A stretch of DNA of 64,000 bases from an uncultured Gammaproteobacteria bacterium (GCA_964561945.1 CAZLQM010000002.1:13087-77086), one strand, 5' to 3'. Shown: positions 20,832-33,268, counted from the first letter of the stretch. The notes: generated from the letters alone by a model not told the origin. Numbers and translations are program-made.

Positions 20832-20879
20832 CCACTATCCATAGCGGTGTCAATATCCAATATCCACCAAATATAAAAA
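20832..20879. promoter_or_regulatory. Tandem NrdR boxes overlapping the nrdR-nrdJ-nrdJ promoter
   Basis: CCACTATCCATAGCGG (20832-20847) and weaker CCACCAAATATAAAAA (20864-20879), 32 bp apart. Minus-strand TTGACA at 20853-20848 lies between them. Confidence 0.65.
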
Positions 20880-20880
20880 T

Positions 20881-21432
20881 TTACTCCCCTGTTTTACTTT
20901 CCCACATTTCCACCAATTCTTGTTGAGCTACCAATCTACCTCTCAAATCATCTGGCACTACTTTTTCCAAGATTGATATCACTTTTAAATATTCTTCTAC
21001 ACTCCACACTAACTCCATTTTCCACTGACCCTCAATCAATCCTCCTTTATCTCGCGCTCGATGCAAATACATCACCGATCTCTCAACACTAGCAACTGAT
21101 TCAGCTGGCAAACCCAATGACATCAAGTCCAAACCATACTTCAACCTCGACTGACCAATCTTCAACAGCCTCCTAGCCTGCTCGTGCTCACCACTCGTAC
21201 TTCGCCACCACCACCATTCACTCGCCGTTGACAAATAATATCCAGCCCCACCCCACTTAACCCGAGGAAACAAATCATCTTCACTCTCCATCGCAATAGA
21301 TCCATTCATCACTCCGCCAGTCTTAGGAACCACCATCAACAAATGCAACTTCCACAACGTCACCCCCAAAACCAAAAATCCCATCCCTAACCAAACCACT
21401 CCCCAAATACTCCACGTAATCTTTCTGTCCAT
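20881..21432 (-). CDS. Membrane-anchored hypothetical protein
   Basis: N-terminal TM; TGA-TATACT 8 nt upstream of ATG. Confidence 0.65.
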   Translation of the reverse strand: MDRKITWSIWGVVWLGMGFLVLGVTLWKLHLLMVVPKTGGVMNGSIAMESEDDLFPRVKWGGAGYYLSTASEWWWWRSTSGEHEQARRLLKIGQSRLKYGLDLMSLGLPAESVASVERSVMYLHRARDKGGLIEGQWKMELVWSVEEYLKVISILEKVVPDDLRGRLVAQQELVEMWESKTGE

Positions 21433-21472
21433 TCTTGTTCAGTATATCATTCCAAACCTGTACAATATAACC

Positions 21473-23773
21473 ATGATTCCCAAATCACAAGCATCCAAAA
21501 TTAAATCCCTCAAACACAAATTTACCAAACGAAAATATCAAATAATTATCACAATTATTTTGTTACTTATTATTGGTCTTTTAGCCCTCTATCTCTTAAT
21601 CCTAAGAGAGCTTCCCTCCCCTCGCAATCTTACTAACTCTCCTTTTGCTGTCTCCACCAAAATATACGATCGCAACGACAAACTTCTCTACGAAATCTTC
21701 GCTGACCAAAATCGTACTCCCATTGCTCTGGATCAAATTCCCACCTATGTCAAACAAGCCACCATCGCCATTGAAGATCGTGATTTTTACAAGCATCAAG
21801 GCTTCGCCCTTACAGGCATTGGTCGAGCCATCATTAACAATACACTCTATCTCTTCTGTCAATTACCCCTTACCGACTGCCAAATCAACCTTCAAGGAGG
21901 CTCAACCATCACCCAACAATTAGTCAAAAACGCACTTCTCACTCCCGAACAAACCCTCCAACGCAAAATTAGAGAATTAGTTCTTACTTTCTTTGTCGAA
22001 CTTCTCTATTCCAAAGACCAAATCCTTGAAATGTATCTTAACCAAATCCCCTATGGTGGCACTTCTTACGGTCTTGAAGCAGCTAGCCAAACTTACTTTG
22101 GTATCAAAGCCCAAGATCTCACCCTCGCCCAAAGTGCCATCCTCGCTGGTCTCCCAGTAGCCCCAACTCGGTACTCACCTTTCGGATCAAATCCCGAAAA
22201 ATACAAAGAACGCCAACAAGCAGTTTTACGTCGCATGGTAGAAGACAACTACATAACCGAAGATCAATCCCAAGCAGCTCTCAACGAACCTATTAATTTT
22301 GCCAACCCTTCCAATCTTATTCACGCTCCGCACTTCGTCCTCTGGGTCAAGGAACTTCTCGTCGACCAATATGGTTCCAAAAAAGTTGAAACAGGCGGTC
22401 TTAGAGTCAAAACCAGTCTTGATCTAGATCTCCAAGATATCACCCAAGCCAGCTTATCTGCTGAAATTAATACACTTCAAAAATCCAATGTCTCCAACGG
22501 AGCCGCCTTGATAACCAATCCACTAACCGGCGAAATTCTCACCATGATCGGTTCAACCGATTACTACAACAACCAAATCAGTGGCAAATTCAACGTTCCT
22601 CTAAGTTATCGTCAACCAGGCTCCAGTATCAAACCACTCAACTACACCCTAGCATTTTATCAACACAATCTCAGCCCAGGTAGCATTATTTCTGATTTAC
22701 CCACCTGCTTCCAAGAACCACCACTACCCAGTTACTGTCCCCAAAACTACGATGGATCTTTCCACGGAGCAGTCTCTATCCGCAAAGCACTTGCCAATTC
22801 ATATAACATCCCCGCAGTAGAATTACTTGCCCTCAACGGAGTCACCAACTTCATAGATTTTTCACACAAAATGGGAATCACGGGCTGGGACGACCCTAGC
22901 CAATACGGATTATCCCTAACTCTAGGAGGAGGCGAAGTCCGCATGATTGATATGGCCGTGGCATACGGCACTCTCGCCAACCTAGGGGTCAAAGTCCCTC
23001 TCCATCCAATTCTCGAAATTAGCGACTACCAAAACCAAACTCTCTACCAACTCAATTGCCAACCTCCCACCATTGAATCCCTTGTCAAAGAAAGTAGTGA
23101 ATCCCAATTCTCATCTGGATGTCAAGCCACCCGCGTCCTTCCTCCAGGCCCTCCTTATCTAACCACCCACATTCTCACTGACCAAAACGCTCGCGCTACT
23201 ACATTTGGATCAACTCTCAACATTCCAGGGCGACCAGACGTGGCTGTCAAAACCGGCACCACCAACAAGCTTCATGACAACTGGACCATTGGTTATACAC
23301 ATACTCGACTTACCGCCGTTTGGGTTGGCAATAACGACAACACCGCCATGTCACGTATAGCCTCAGGTATTACAGGCGCAGCTCCCATCTGGCGCGATCT
23401 TATGAAGCAGGCTTTAATCGATCAACCTCGCATACAACTCAATCCTCCCGAAGGTATCCTTGGCACCCAAATCTGTTCTCTGACTGGCATGCTGCCCGTT
23501 GATAACTGCCCTACTTCTTTCGACCTCTTCCCCAAAGATGGTCTACCTACTACTGCCAATCCCATCACCCGCCAATGGCCAATCGACACCACCACACAGA
23601 GTCCATCCAAACCCAACACCCCAATCGAACAAGTCCAAATGATAGATAAACAAATAGTCTTTGATATCTTGGGCAATCCGATCTGCATTGATTGTGAACT
23701 CAAAAATCAATCCCAATACATCAGATATCCCATTCTAACTCCCACACCCATAGAAAAAAACATCTTCAACTAG
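21473..23773 (+). CDS. Class A penicillin-binding protein (PBP1A family)
   Basis: TM, EDRDFYKH, GGSTITQQL, RKIRE transglycosylase motifs; SSIK, SYN, KTG transpeptidase motifs. Confidence 0.95.
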   Translation: MIPKSQASKIKSLKHKFTKRKYQIIITIILLLIIGLLALYLLILRELPSPRNLTNSPFAVSTKIYDRNDKLLYEIFADQNRTPIALDQIPTYVKQATIAIEDRDFYKHQGFALTGIGRAIINNTLYLFCQLPLTDCQINLQGGSTITQQLVKNALLTPEQTLQRKIRELVLTFFVELLYSKDQILEMYLNQIPYGGTSYGLEAASQTYFGIKAQDLTLAQSAILAGLPVAPTRYSPFGSNPEKYKERQQAVLRRMVEDNYITEDQSQAALNEPINFANPSNLIHAPHFVLWVKELLVDQYGSKKVETGGLRVKTSLDLDLQDITQASLSAEINTLQKSNVSNGAALITNPLTGEILTMIGSTDYYNNQISGKFNVPLSYRQPGSSIKPLNYTLAFYQHNLSPGSIISDLPTCFQEPPLPSYCPQNYDGSFHGAVSIRKALANSYNIPAVELLALNGVTNFIDFSHKMGITGWDDPSQYGLSLTLGGGEVRMIDMAVAYGTLANLGVKVPLHPILEISDYQNQTLYQLNCQPPTIESLVKESSESQFSSGCQATRVLPPGPPYLTTHILTDQNARATTFGSTLNIPGRPDVAVKTGTTNKLHDNWTIGYTHTRLTAVWVGNNDNTAMSRIASGITGAAPIWRDLMKQALIDQPRIQLNPPEGILGTQICSLTGMLPVDNCPTSFDLFPKDGLPTTANPITRQWPIDTTTQSPSKPNTPIEQVQMIDKQIVFDILGNPICIDCELKNQSQYIRYPILTPTPIEKNIFN

Positions 23774-23785
23774 TACCATTAACCT

Positions 23786-24466
23786 ATGCCCAAGCCCCAA
23801 TCTCATAGATTTCCCTTTCGTAGCTTCATTACCACGATTAGTATTATTATCACTCTTGCGACTATCTACGCCTTTGCTCCTTTCATTCCTCAATCGATTA
23901 TCACTCCAAACCCCTCCATCAATCTTCCCTACCTCAACACTCAACCCCAAAACATATCCATTCAACTCCCCACCCGCACCCTTAATCCATATACCACACA
24001 ACAAGATCCGCTTGATGACAGATTGTCATCCCATCTCCTCAGTCCTCAAGATCAAGATCTTTTCCTCATTCAATTCAAACAACCTGTCTCCCTTACCAAC
24101 CTTTCTGTCCTTGCTTATTTTCCAACTAACACATACCTCATTAAATCCAACCTAAATCAAATCAAAAAACTTGCCCAAAACCCATTAACAAATTTCATCA
24201 ATTACTATGCACCCGAATATAAACTTTCCGATCAACTCATCACCAATCTTCCCATCCAAAACTCTCAAAAAACTATCAATTTAACTATCACCCTTGATCC
24301 TGCTCAAAATCAAGATAATTTATTTCAACAAATCATATCCATCGATCCCCAAGCCATAATCCAACCCAACTCTAATTCACCCTTGCTTTCTACTTTTCAA
24401 ATTCAAATTAAAGAATCCAGTATTATCAATATTGCTCGTCTTCCCCAAATCATCCTAATTCAATAA
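23786..24466 (+). CDS. Secreted protein resembling a subtilase propeptide without a catalytic domain
   Basis: TM, then FLIQFKQP...LAYFPTNTYLI...YYAPEYKLS and IARLPQIILIQ, then stop. Confidence 0.5.
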   Translation: MPKPQSHRFPFRSFITTISIIITLATIYAFAPFIPQSIITPNPSINLPYLNTQPQNISIQLPTRTLNPYTTQQDPLDDRLSSHLLSPQDQDLFLIQFKQPVSLTNLSVLAYFPTNTYLIKSNLNQIKKLAQNPLTNFINYYAPEYKLSDQLITNLPIQNSQKTINLTITLDPAQNQDNLFQQIISIDPQAIIQPNSNSPLLSTFQIQIKESSIINIARLPQIILIQ

Positions 24467-24506
24467 TCAATCCTAATTTGAATATATAAACTATAATTCA
24501 TATTAG

Positions 24507-25688
24507 ATGTCCAAATCCAAACTCTCTTTAACAATCTTTTTATTAAGTCTAGCAATCATTATTGTCTCTTTAATTCTCAAAACCAAAATTTCCAATTCCA
24601 CCCAATTCACCTCACCCATTGGCACCCCCGTCGAAATAACTCCTCAAGGCAAATCCAACTACCAAGTTATCGGATTCCTCCCTTATTGGCAATTATCCGC
24701 CATTCCCTATATTCAAACTTCTCTCCTTACTCAACTAGCATATTTTGGAATTAACATTGACGATAATGGTCAAGTACAAACAAATCTTGACGACAAAACC
24801 AAAGAACTCGGCCTTCATCGCATTTCCAATGATCAAATCACAAAGGTGCTCGACAAACAACACACCACTAATGGCCAAAATACACTAGTAATCCGAGCCA
24901 TGTCCACCCCAAGTATTGTCTCAGCAATTGAAAACCAAAACACCCTTATTCCCGAGCTAATAAATATCAAAAACAAATATAATTTTGACGGCTTCAACAT
25001 AGATTTCGAACCCACTACCCAAACAGATCCCGAACTGGCAACTCAGGTTACCAACTTTGTCACTAAACTCAAACAAACCTGCCAATGCCCAATGTCGATA
25101 GATATCTACGCCTCTGCAGCTATCCAACCTCGAATCTGGCAACTCACCCCTCTTAGTAAAATAGTCGATTACATCATTGTCATGGGCTATGATTTCTACA
25201 GATCCAACTCCCCCCAATCAGGCCCTAATGCCCCTATCTACGGTAGTCCCGAACTCTGGAAATATGACCTTAACTCAACCCTCAACTCTATCTACACTCA
25301 AGTTCCACCCAAAAAAATTATTCTAGCCATACCTTGGTATGGTTACCAATGGCAAACTCTTAGCAATCAACCCAAATCAACAACCTTGGCCAACACAGGT
25401 ACCATGATTACATACTCAAACGTCCAAAAAACTATCCTTAACTGTCAATCCCTAACTTATAAAAACTGTCAAACAGGATACGATCCTGACGCACTAAGCC
25501 CATTTATCATTTACCAAGATAACAATCAATGGCATCAGCTTTGGTATGACGACACCCAATCCTTAGCCCACAAATATCAACTAGTCCAAGACCGTGAACT
25601 TGGAGGCATTGCCATCTGGGCATTAGGCTACGAAACACCTCATCTCGAACTTTGGCAACAAATCGATAACACCTTCTTCACTCAATAG
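24507..25688 (+). CDS. Glycoside hydrolase family 18
   Basis: FDGFNIDFE (DxxDxDxE-type), VMGYDF, GGIAIWALG; N-terminal anchor. Confidence 0.9.
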   Translation: MSKSKLSLTIFLLSLAIIIVSLILKTKISNSTQFTSPIGTPVEITPQGKSNYQVIGFLPYWQLSAIPYIQTSLLTQLAYFGINIDDNGQVQTNLDDKTKELGLHRISNDQITKVLDKQHTTNGQNTLVIRAMSTPSIVSAIENQNTLIPELINIKNKYNFDGFNIDFEPTTQTDPELATQVTNFVTKLKQTCQCPMSIDIYASAAIQPRIWQLTPLSKIVDYIIVMGYDFYRSNSPQSGPNAPIYGSPELWKYDLNSTLNSIYTQVPPKKIILAIPWYGYQWQTLSNQPKSTTLANTGTMITYSNVQKTILNCQSLTYKNCQTGYDPDALSPFIIYQDNNQWHQLWYDDTQSLAHKYQLVQDRELGGIAIWALGYETPHLELWQQIDNTFFTQ

Positions 25689-25783
25689 AACTCGTTATAC
25701 TTCCCACTTCCCCCTCCCAAATTCTAATGCTAGTATGATTCAAATTTTAAAAATTAATATTAAATTTCGGACAGCTAAGCACA

Positions 25784-27988
25784 ATGCCTGCCACAAAAAT
25801 AATCCTCCTATGCAAATTTATCTTCGCTCATATCGGTCGTCCATTTTTATATCTATTTGTATTAATCCTTAAATCCATATTCCACACCCTTCACTGGTTA
25901 ACTCACTCTTCCCTACCCTTTTTACTACTCAAACTTTCTCTTATTTTCATTATTATATTAAGCTCATTATCTCTAGCCAGTTTAACTTTTATTTATTTTT
26001 CACTACTCAAAGATCTCCCTCCACCTCAAGCACTTTCCTCTCTCAACCCACCGCAAACTAGCCAGATCCTCGATCGCAATGGACAACTCCTTTATCGACT
26101 TTATCAAGACCAAAATCGCACTTCAATTCATATAAATGAATTACCCAGTTACGTCATCAACGCTCACCTATCTATCGAAGATGCCAAATTCTATAGTCAC
26201 CCAGGCATCAGTGCTAGCGATATCACTCGTGCACTTCTCAACAATCTTGATCGTCGTCTTTGCAAAATTATTAACACACCTTGCCCCTCCACTCTCCAAG
26301 GAGCTTCCACTATTACCCAACAACTTATCAAAAACGTCTTCCTTTCTCCAGAACAATCCTATAAACGCAAACTCCAAGAAGCATATCTTGCGCTCAAAGC
26401 CGAAACCTACTATTCCAAACAACAAATCCTCGAACTATATCTTAACCAAATCTCTTACGGAGGCACCGCCTACGGTATCGAAGCTGCCAGCCAAACATAC
26501 TTTGGCATCAGCTCCCGCAATCTTAATCTTGCTCAAGCAGCCCTCCTTGCCGGTCTGCCCGCAGCTCCGACTGCCTATTCTCCTTTTGGATCAGATCCCC
26601 AAAAATCATTTACTCGCCAAAAACAAGTTCTTCTCCGTATGCTAGAAGAAAACTACATAACCCAATCTCAATACCAATCAGCTCTCAACCAGCCTATCAC
26701 TTTTATTCCCCCAAAAACTGATATTCTCGCTCCCCATTTCGTCATGTACGCTCGTGAACAACTCGAAAAAAACCTTACCAACCAAATCCTCTACCAAGGA
26801 GGAATTAACATCACCACCTCACTTGACTACAACCTCCAACAAAAAGCCCAACAAGCAATCGACACCGAACTGGCTAAACTCAAGAAACTCAACGTCACCA
26901 ATGCAGCTCTTCTTATCACCAAACCCAAGACAGGAGAAATCCTTGCTATGGTTGGCTCCGCTGATTATTTTGATACCGCCAACCAAGGTAATGTCAACGC
27001 CACCCTCAGACCACGCCAACCAGGATCAAGTATCAAACCCCTAACTTATGCTACCGCTCTAGAACTATCACTTACCCAAACTAATCCCCAATTCACCCCA
27101 GCTACCATAATCGATGATGCTCCAGTTGTTTTCAAAATTCCCGGCAGCCACGATTATCGTCCTCAGAACTACGACGGGCGCTTCCACGGACGCGTCACCC
27201 TCCGCACAGCCTTAGCTTCTTCATATAACATCCCTGCGGTCAAAATTCTCAACTCTATCGGTCTTAACAATCTCATCCAAAAAGCTCAAGAACTTGGCAT
27301 CACCACCTGGGACGACTCTTCACGATTTGGACTCTCCCTCACCCTAGGTGCAGGGGAAGTCACCATGGCCGACATGGCAGTAGCTTATGGAACATTTGCC
27401 AATCTCGGCTACCGCCACAATCTCACTCCCATACTTGATATTACCTCTACCAACGACGAACTCACCTATCCCCACCCTTCAAGATTTCCCTTTACCCAAG
27501 AACCCAAACTCGATCCCCGCGTTAGTTATCTCATCAATAGCATTCTCAGCGACCCTATCGCTCGAGCCCCAACCTTTGGAACTCATTCTAAGCTAAACAT
27601 CCCTAACCATATTGTCGCAGTCAAAACTGGTACCTCCAACGACCTTCGTGACAACTGGACCATTGGTTACACACCTGATTTCCTAGTCGCAGTCTGGGTG
27701 GGCAACTTCAACAACTCTCCCATGTCGCGCATCGCTTCAGGCATCACAGGCGCCACCCCAATCTGGAACCAAATGATGACCTATATGCTTAATGAATATC
27801 AACCCAACAATCTAGCCAATGGCTGGGAACAACCAGCAGGCTTAATCAAAACAGCCTCCTGTCATCTCAACTCCGATCAAGTATGCACCTGCACCAAGCC
27901 CGACTTCTTCATCGAAAGTACCAACCCCAAAATCCATACCTGCACACCCAATACCGCCACCTTCTCGACTCAACCCAACCAAACATGA
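25784..27988 (+). CDS. Class A penicillin-binding protein (second PBP1A paralog)
   Basis: EDAKFYSH, GASTITQQL, RQPGSSIKP, SYN, KTGT. Confidence 0.95.
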   Translation: MPATKIILLCKFIFAHIGRPFLYLFVLILKSIFHTLHWLTHSSLPFLLLKLSLIFIIILSSLSLASLTFIYFSLLKDLPPPQALSSLNPPQTSQILDRNGQLLYRLYQDQNRTSIHINELPSYVINAHLSIEDAKFYSHPGISASDITRALLNNLDRRLCKIINTPCPSTLQGASTITQQLIKNVFLSPEQSYKRKLQEAYLALKAETYYSKQQILELYLNQISYGGTAYGIEAASQTYFGISSRNLNLAQAALLAGLPAAPTAYSPFGSDPQKSFTRQKQVLLRMLEENYITQSQYQSALNQPITFIPPKTDILAPHFVMYAREQLEKNLTNQILYQGGINITTSLDYNLQQKAQQAIDTELAKLKKLNVTNAALLITKPKTGEILAMVGSADYFDTANQGNVNATLRPRQPGSSIKPLTYATALELSLTQTNPQFTPATIIDDAPVVFKIPGSHDYRPQNYDGRFHGRVTLRTALASSYNIPAVKILNSIGLNNLIQKAQELGITTWDDSSRFGLSLTLGAGEVTMADMAVAYGTFANLGYRHNLTPILDITSTNDELTYPHPSRFPFTQEPKLDPRVSYLINSILSDPIARAPTFGTHSKLNIPNHIVAVKTGTSNDLRDNWTIGYTPDFLVAVWVGNFNNSPMSRIASGITGATPIWNQMMTYMLNEYQPNNLANGWEQPAGLIKTASCHLNSDQVCTCTKPDFFIESTNPKIHTCTPNTATFSTQPNQT

Positions 27989-28000
27989 TACAAATTACAT

Positions 28001-28222
28001 ATGTCCAATCTCTCCCCGCAACTTGAGCAAGCCCTCTCCCAAGCCAAACAAAAAGGTCTCATTTCTCACACCAAGGCCCAAGGTGTCGGCTTCACTTCTC
28101 ACTCCCAACCCAATGAACCAAACGAACCTATCAACCAAACTTTATCAGGCATAATTACCACCTTAATCATCACTCTTTTTATCATAATTTTCATCGCCAT
28201 CGCTATCTACCTGTTTAACTAA
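28001..28222 (+). CDS. Small membrane protein
   Basis: 73 aa with a C-terminal TM. Confidence 0.55.
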   Translation: MSNLSPQLEQALSQAKQKGLISHTKAQGVGFTSHSQPNEPNEPINQTLSGIITTLIITLFIIIFIAIAIYLFN

Positions 28223-28334
28223 ATATCCACAAACCCAGACTCATCAACACCGTTCCCAACATCACCACTAATAACACCACCCTCTCCTGATTATTTTCCA
28301 CTTTTTTCTTAACTACCTTCTTATTTTTACTCAT
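28215..28334 (-). CDS. Small single-TM protein (39 aa; not in ORF track)
   Basis: MSKNKKVVKKKVENNQERVVLLVVMLGTVLMSLGLWIFS*, starting just after the LOG gene stop. Confidence 0.55.
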   Translation of the reverse strand: MSKNKKVVKKKVENNQERVVLLVVMLGTVLMSLGLWIFS

Positions 28335-28346
28335 ACAAATTATCAC

Positions 28347-28973
28347 CTAAACCATAAACGCAGCCTCTTCCTCATCATCTTTCCAATTACGCTCCACATC
28401 TCTCATTCGATTCTCATAACGACCAATTGCATTCACAACTTCCTCAGGGCTAGTTACAATTTCAAAAATATCCACAGAGCCTTTTTGAATCTTCATATTT
28501 TTAACCAAAACCTCAACTATCTCTCTCCAAAAATCTCCGTACAACACAAATCCTTTATGTCTCCCTTTATATAACCACGCCAACAGCCACACTGTAGCAA
28601 ACTCCGACAAAGTCCCCGTTCCTCCATTCATCACCACAAAAAAATCACTCTCTGCAATCAACGTAAACATTCGCTCAATATAATTATGCGTCTCAATTTC
28701 TCGATCAGGTCTATTCCCCAAATATTTATCCTCGAAATTAGGTGCGTACCTTGGCTCTAGCGTCACAGTCAACGTATCCCCACTTACAGACTCGGCCCCC
28801 ATCGTGGCCGCCTCCATAACTCCAGGCCCACCGCCGTTAACCACGATATAGCCTTTCTCTGCTAATTTCTTGGCAACACCAAACGTATCCTTATACAAGT
28901 CCTCATCTTTAGGAGCTCCCGCATGCCCAAATATCGCCACCGACTTAACTTGCCTATCAACCATAATATTCAA
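28347..28973 (-). CDS. LOG/lysine-decarboxylase-like Rossmann protein
   Basis: NGGGPGVMEA, ERMFTL, GGTGTLSE. Confidence 0.88.
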   Translation of the reverse strand: MNIMVDRQVKSVAIFGHAGAPKDEDLYKDTFGVAKKLAEKGYIVVNGGGPGVMEAATMGAESVSGDTLTVTLEPRYAPNFEDKYLGNRPDREIETHNYIERMFTLIAESDFFVVMNGGTGTLSEFATVWLLAWLYKGRHKGFVLYGDFWREIVEVLVKNMKIQKGSVDIFEIVTSPEEVVNAIGRYENRMRDVERNWKDDEEEAAFMV

Positions 28974-29033
28974 TATATCACATTCACTCTTTACTTAAAT
29001 ACAAAATAATTCTTACTCAAATTATCAAACATC

Positions 29034-29636
29034 TTACTTATCGTACTCACCATTCCAAAAAGCACTATTTATCACCACGCTGTCTACCCCTTTTTTCTCT
29101 AGTTCCTCCATTATCTTAACTGTCACTCCACCATCCACTTCAATCACAAATCCATATCCTCGCAATTCTCGCAACTCTATCAAATCTCTAATCTTATCCT
29201 CCACCCTAGATTCAAATTTCTGTCCGCTTTTGCCCGCCTTAACTCCCATGACAAGAATCCTATCTACCCAAATAAGAACTTCACTATCTATCTCGTCTAT
29301 CTTTGTCTCCAAATCTATTCCTAACCCTGCCTCCATTTGCATCTCTTGAGCCTTTTCTACGAATTGTGCTTGATTGCTCATTTTTTCAATCTGCCCAATC
29401 ACGCGGATAACTCCTGCTTCCGCACATTCCTCAATCCAATCAATTGGTCCATTCACCATCAGATGACATTCCCAATCACTTCCCAATTTTATTTCCCTTG
29501 GTCTTATGGTTTTATTCTCATCAAACACTCCATCAATCACATCCAAATGACCACCCATTTTCTTGCTTTCAATAATACCCACCTGCTCATTACCCTTGGG
29601 AATTTCATCAGTTAAAACACTTACTCTTACTTTCAT
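29034..29636 (-). CDS. rpe: Ribulose-phosphate 3-epimerase
   Basis: HLDVIDG, CHLMV, VMGVKAGKSGQ, EVDGGV. Confidence 0.88.
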   Translation of the reverse strand: MKVRVSVLTDEIPKGNEQVGIIESKKMGGHLDVIDGVFDENKTIRPREIKLGSDWECHLMVNGPIDWIEECAEAGVIRVIGQIEKMSNQAQFVEKAQEMQMEAGLGIDLETKIDEIDSEVLIWVDRILVMGVKAGKSGQKFESRVEDKIRDLIELRELRGYGFVIEVDGGVTVKIMEELEKKGVDSVVINSAFWNGEYDK

Positions 29637-29735
29637 GCTTACATGCTATCACACTCCAAAAATAACGAACACTTCTTATCCAAATATTACATAAGTATCA
29701 TCCACTTCTAACTTTCATTCTATATATTTACAACA

Positions 29736-29939
29736 ATGACAAATCTAGCTAAATCTCTTGATTACTCCAGATCTACCATGATCTGGATTATAAATTTACT
29801 CCTTATCCTATCTTTTGTTTTTCTATTCATCGCCTACAAAGTTCCCCTACTTCACGCATCTACCAATTCTTCTGCCCAAATCAATCTCCAACAACCCAAT
29901 CAAAGCCTCCTCAAGCCAACTACTTTATCTCATAATTAA
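29736..29939 (+). CDS. Small membrane protein
   Basis: 67 aa with one TM. Confidence 0.4.
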   Translation: MTNLAKSLDYSRSTMIWIINLLLILSFVFLFIAYKVPLLHASTNSSAQINLQQPNQSLLKPTTLSHN

Positions 29940-30669
29940 TATTCACAATTACTTTTATCTCAGAAGTTCCAGTTTGTAACTCAGTTGAAGCCATTCCATC
30001 ATTAGCCTTCATTGATTCAAGTCCATACGCCGTCGGTCTAACTGGCGCATTTAAATCTTCGCTATACCCAATAATCCTACCTAATCCAAACCCAGCCACT
30101 TTAGCCACGTTCTCGGCTTTCACCTTAGCCTGTTCCACAGCTTCCTTCCGAGCTTCCTCCTCCAATTTGTCCTTATCCTCAACATCAAATACCACCCCTC
30201 CTACAGTATTTGCGCCATTGGCTGTCGACACATCAATTACTTGATTCACTAACTCAATATTCTTAATTTTAATTTTAAGATTGCTACTCGCACTATAACC
30301 TGTAATCTTTTGTAATCCATTATTCCAATCATAATTAGGATTAATACTATAATTAATTGTCTTTACATCTTTATCCGTATCAATCTCAATTTTGTCCAGA
30401 GCTTCAGTTATTCGACTTGTTACTTGATTTATCTCAGTTTGAGCTTGCTTTACCGTTGCACCCGTACTATTTACTCCAACCGTAACATATGCCATATCAG
30501 GCTTAACCGCCACGCTTCCTTCCCCCGTGACGCTAAACACATCGCTATTATTTGTCACACTACTAACCACAGACAAAGGCAAACCACCTGCCATTTTCGT
30601 ATACACGAATAATGCTAGGAAAAAAAACACAATTATCCCCAAAATAGTTGCCAATCCTTCTATCTTCAT
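29920..30669 (-). CDS. SIMPL (DUF541) domain protein
   Basis: VTGEGSVAVKPDMA, YSINPNYDW, GANTVGGV, AVEQAKVKAE. Confidence 0.9.
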   Translation of the reverse strand: MKIEGLATILGIIVFFFLALFVYTKMAGGLPLSVVSSVTNNSDVFSVTGEGSVAVKPDMAYVTVGVNSTGATVKQAQTEINQVTSRITEALDKIEIDTDKDVKTINYSINPNYDWNNGLQKITGYSASSNLKIKIKNIELVNQVIDVSTANGANTVGGVVFDVEDKDKLEEEARKEAVEQAKVKAENVAKVAGFGLGRIIGYSEDLNAPVRPTAYGLESMKANDGMASTELQTGTSEIKVIVNINYEIK

Positions 30670-30725
30670 TCTCTAATCATACCAAATAATTCAATTCTCT
30701 CAACAATTAGTCGTAGAATGTATTT

Positions 30726-31079
30726 ATGGATCCAATTCCCCAGCCCACTTATCCGGTTTGTCCAACTTGCCATGTCCCCTTACGTCCAACCGATTATTTT
30801 TGTTACAACTGCGGTGCCAACATCCACCCATCTCCACCTTCAACCTCAGCATCAACCCAAATTGTCCTCTATCTCAAATCCGCCCTTCTTCCTCCTTTGG
30901 GAATTTTTTCCGGACTCAGATACTTACGTCAATCCGATTCCAAATCACACTACGTTGGCATTACAGCCATTTTAATCACCCTTGCCTCAATTGTCCTTGC
31001 AATCGTCCTCACCGCTAAATTATTCAATGAAATTAACCGCCAAGTTAACGAACAAATGAATGCTATCGGAAGTTTCTAA
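30726..31079 (+). CDS. Zinc-ribbon membrane protein
   Basis: CPTC...CYNCG followed by two hydrophobic segments. Confidence 0.75.
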   Translation: MDPIPQPTYPVCPTCHVPLRPTDYFCYNCGANIHPSPPSTSASTQIVLYLKSALLPPLGIFSGLRYLRQSDSKSHYVGITAILITLASIVLAIVLTAKLFNEINRQVNEQMNAIGSF

Positions 31080-31609
31080 TTCTCCAAACTTTGCCTAAAA
31101 TCATCTACCTCCGCAAACGACTTCAAGCAAACAACTTTCTCATTATATTTTTTTATCATTTCTTCAATTCCCAGCTTATTCTTTTGATCCCCAATCTTGA
31201 ATTTTTTCAAAATTAAATGCTTATACAGCTTAAATAAATCAATTATGCTTTCATTATCCCGCGTTCTATTCCTCTGATACAAATTCCAAAACTGAGTAAT
31301 CAAATTAGGATATTTAAGACACACAATTATTTCCGCCTTTGCCAGTCCCCCTTCTACCAAAGACCGCGTCGATCCTTCCACAATCCAACTATCCTTATCC
31401 TGATCATATACTTTAGAAATATTTACCATACTTTGCTTTCTATCTTCTCTGACACTAAATTTTTTCTTCCAAAAAAAATCATCGGTCGCATAACTCTTAA
31501 TCCTTAGCTTCTTAGACAACTCAATTGCCAAGGTGCTTTTTCCTCGTCCCGCGTCACCAACTATTAAGATCTTTTTGTACTTCTTCAACATACTTTGCCC
31601 CTCAACCAA
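31076..31609 (-). CDS. Adenylate-kinase-like P-loop protein (FlaR-like)
   Basis: KILIVGDAGRGKSTLA, DDFFW, WIVEGS. Confidence 0.75.
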   Translation of the reverse strand: MVEGQSMLKKYKKILIVGDAGRGKSTLAIELSKKLRIKSYATDDFFWKKKFSVREDRKQSMVNISKVYDQDKDSWIVEGSTRSLVEGGLAKAEIIVCLKYPNLITQFWNLYQRNRTRDNESIIDLFKLYKHLILKKFKIGDQKNKLGIEEMIKKYNEKVVCLKSFAEVDDFRQSLEN

Positions 31610-31661
31610 TAATATACTCTCTATTCACCCTCGACAATTTCTCAACTTGAAGCTACATTAA

Positions 31662-33268
<1,607 letters not shown>

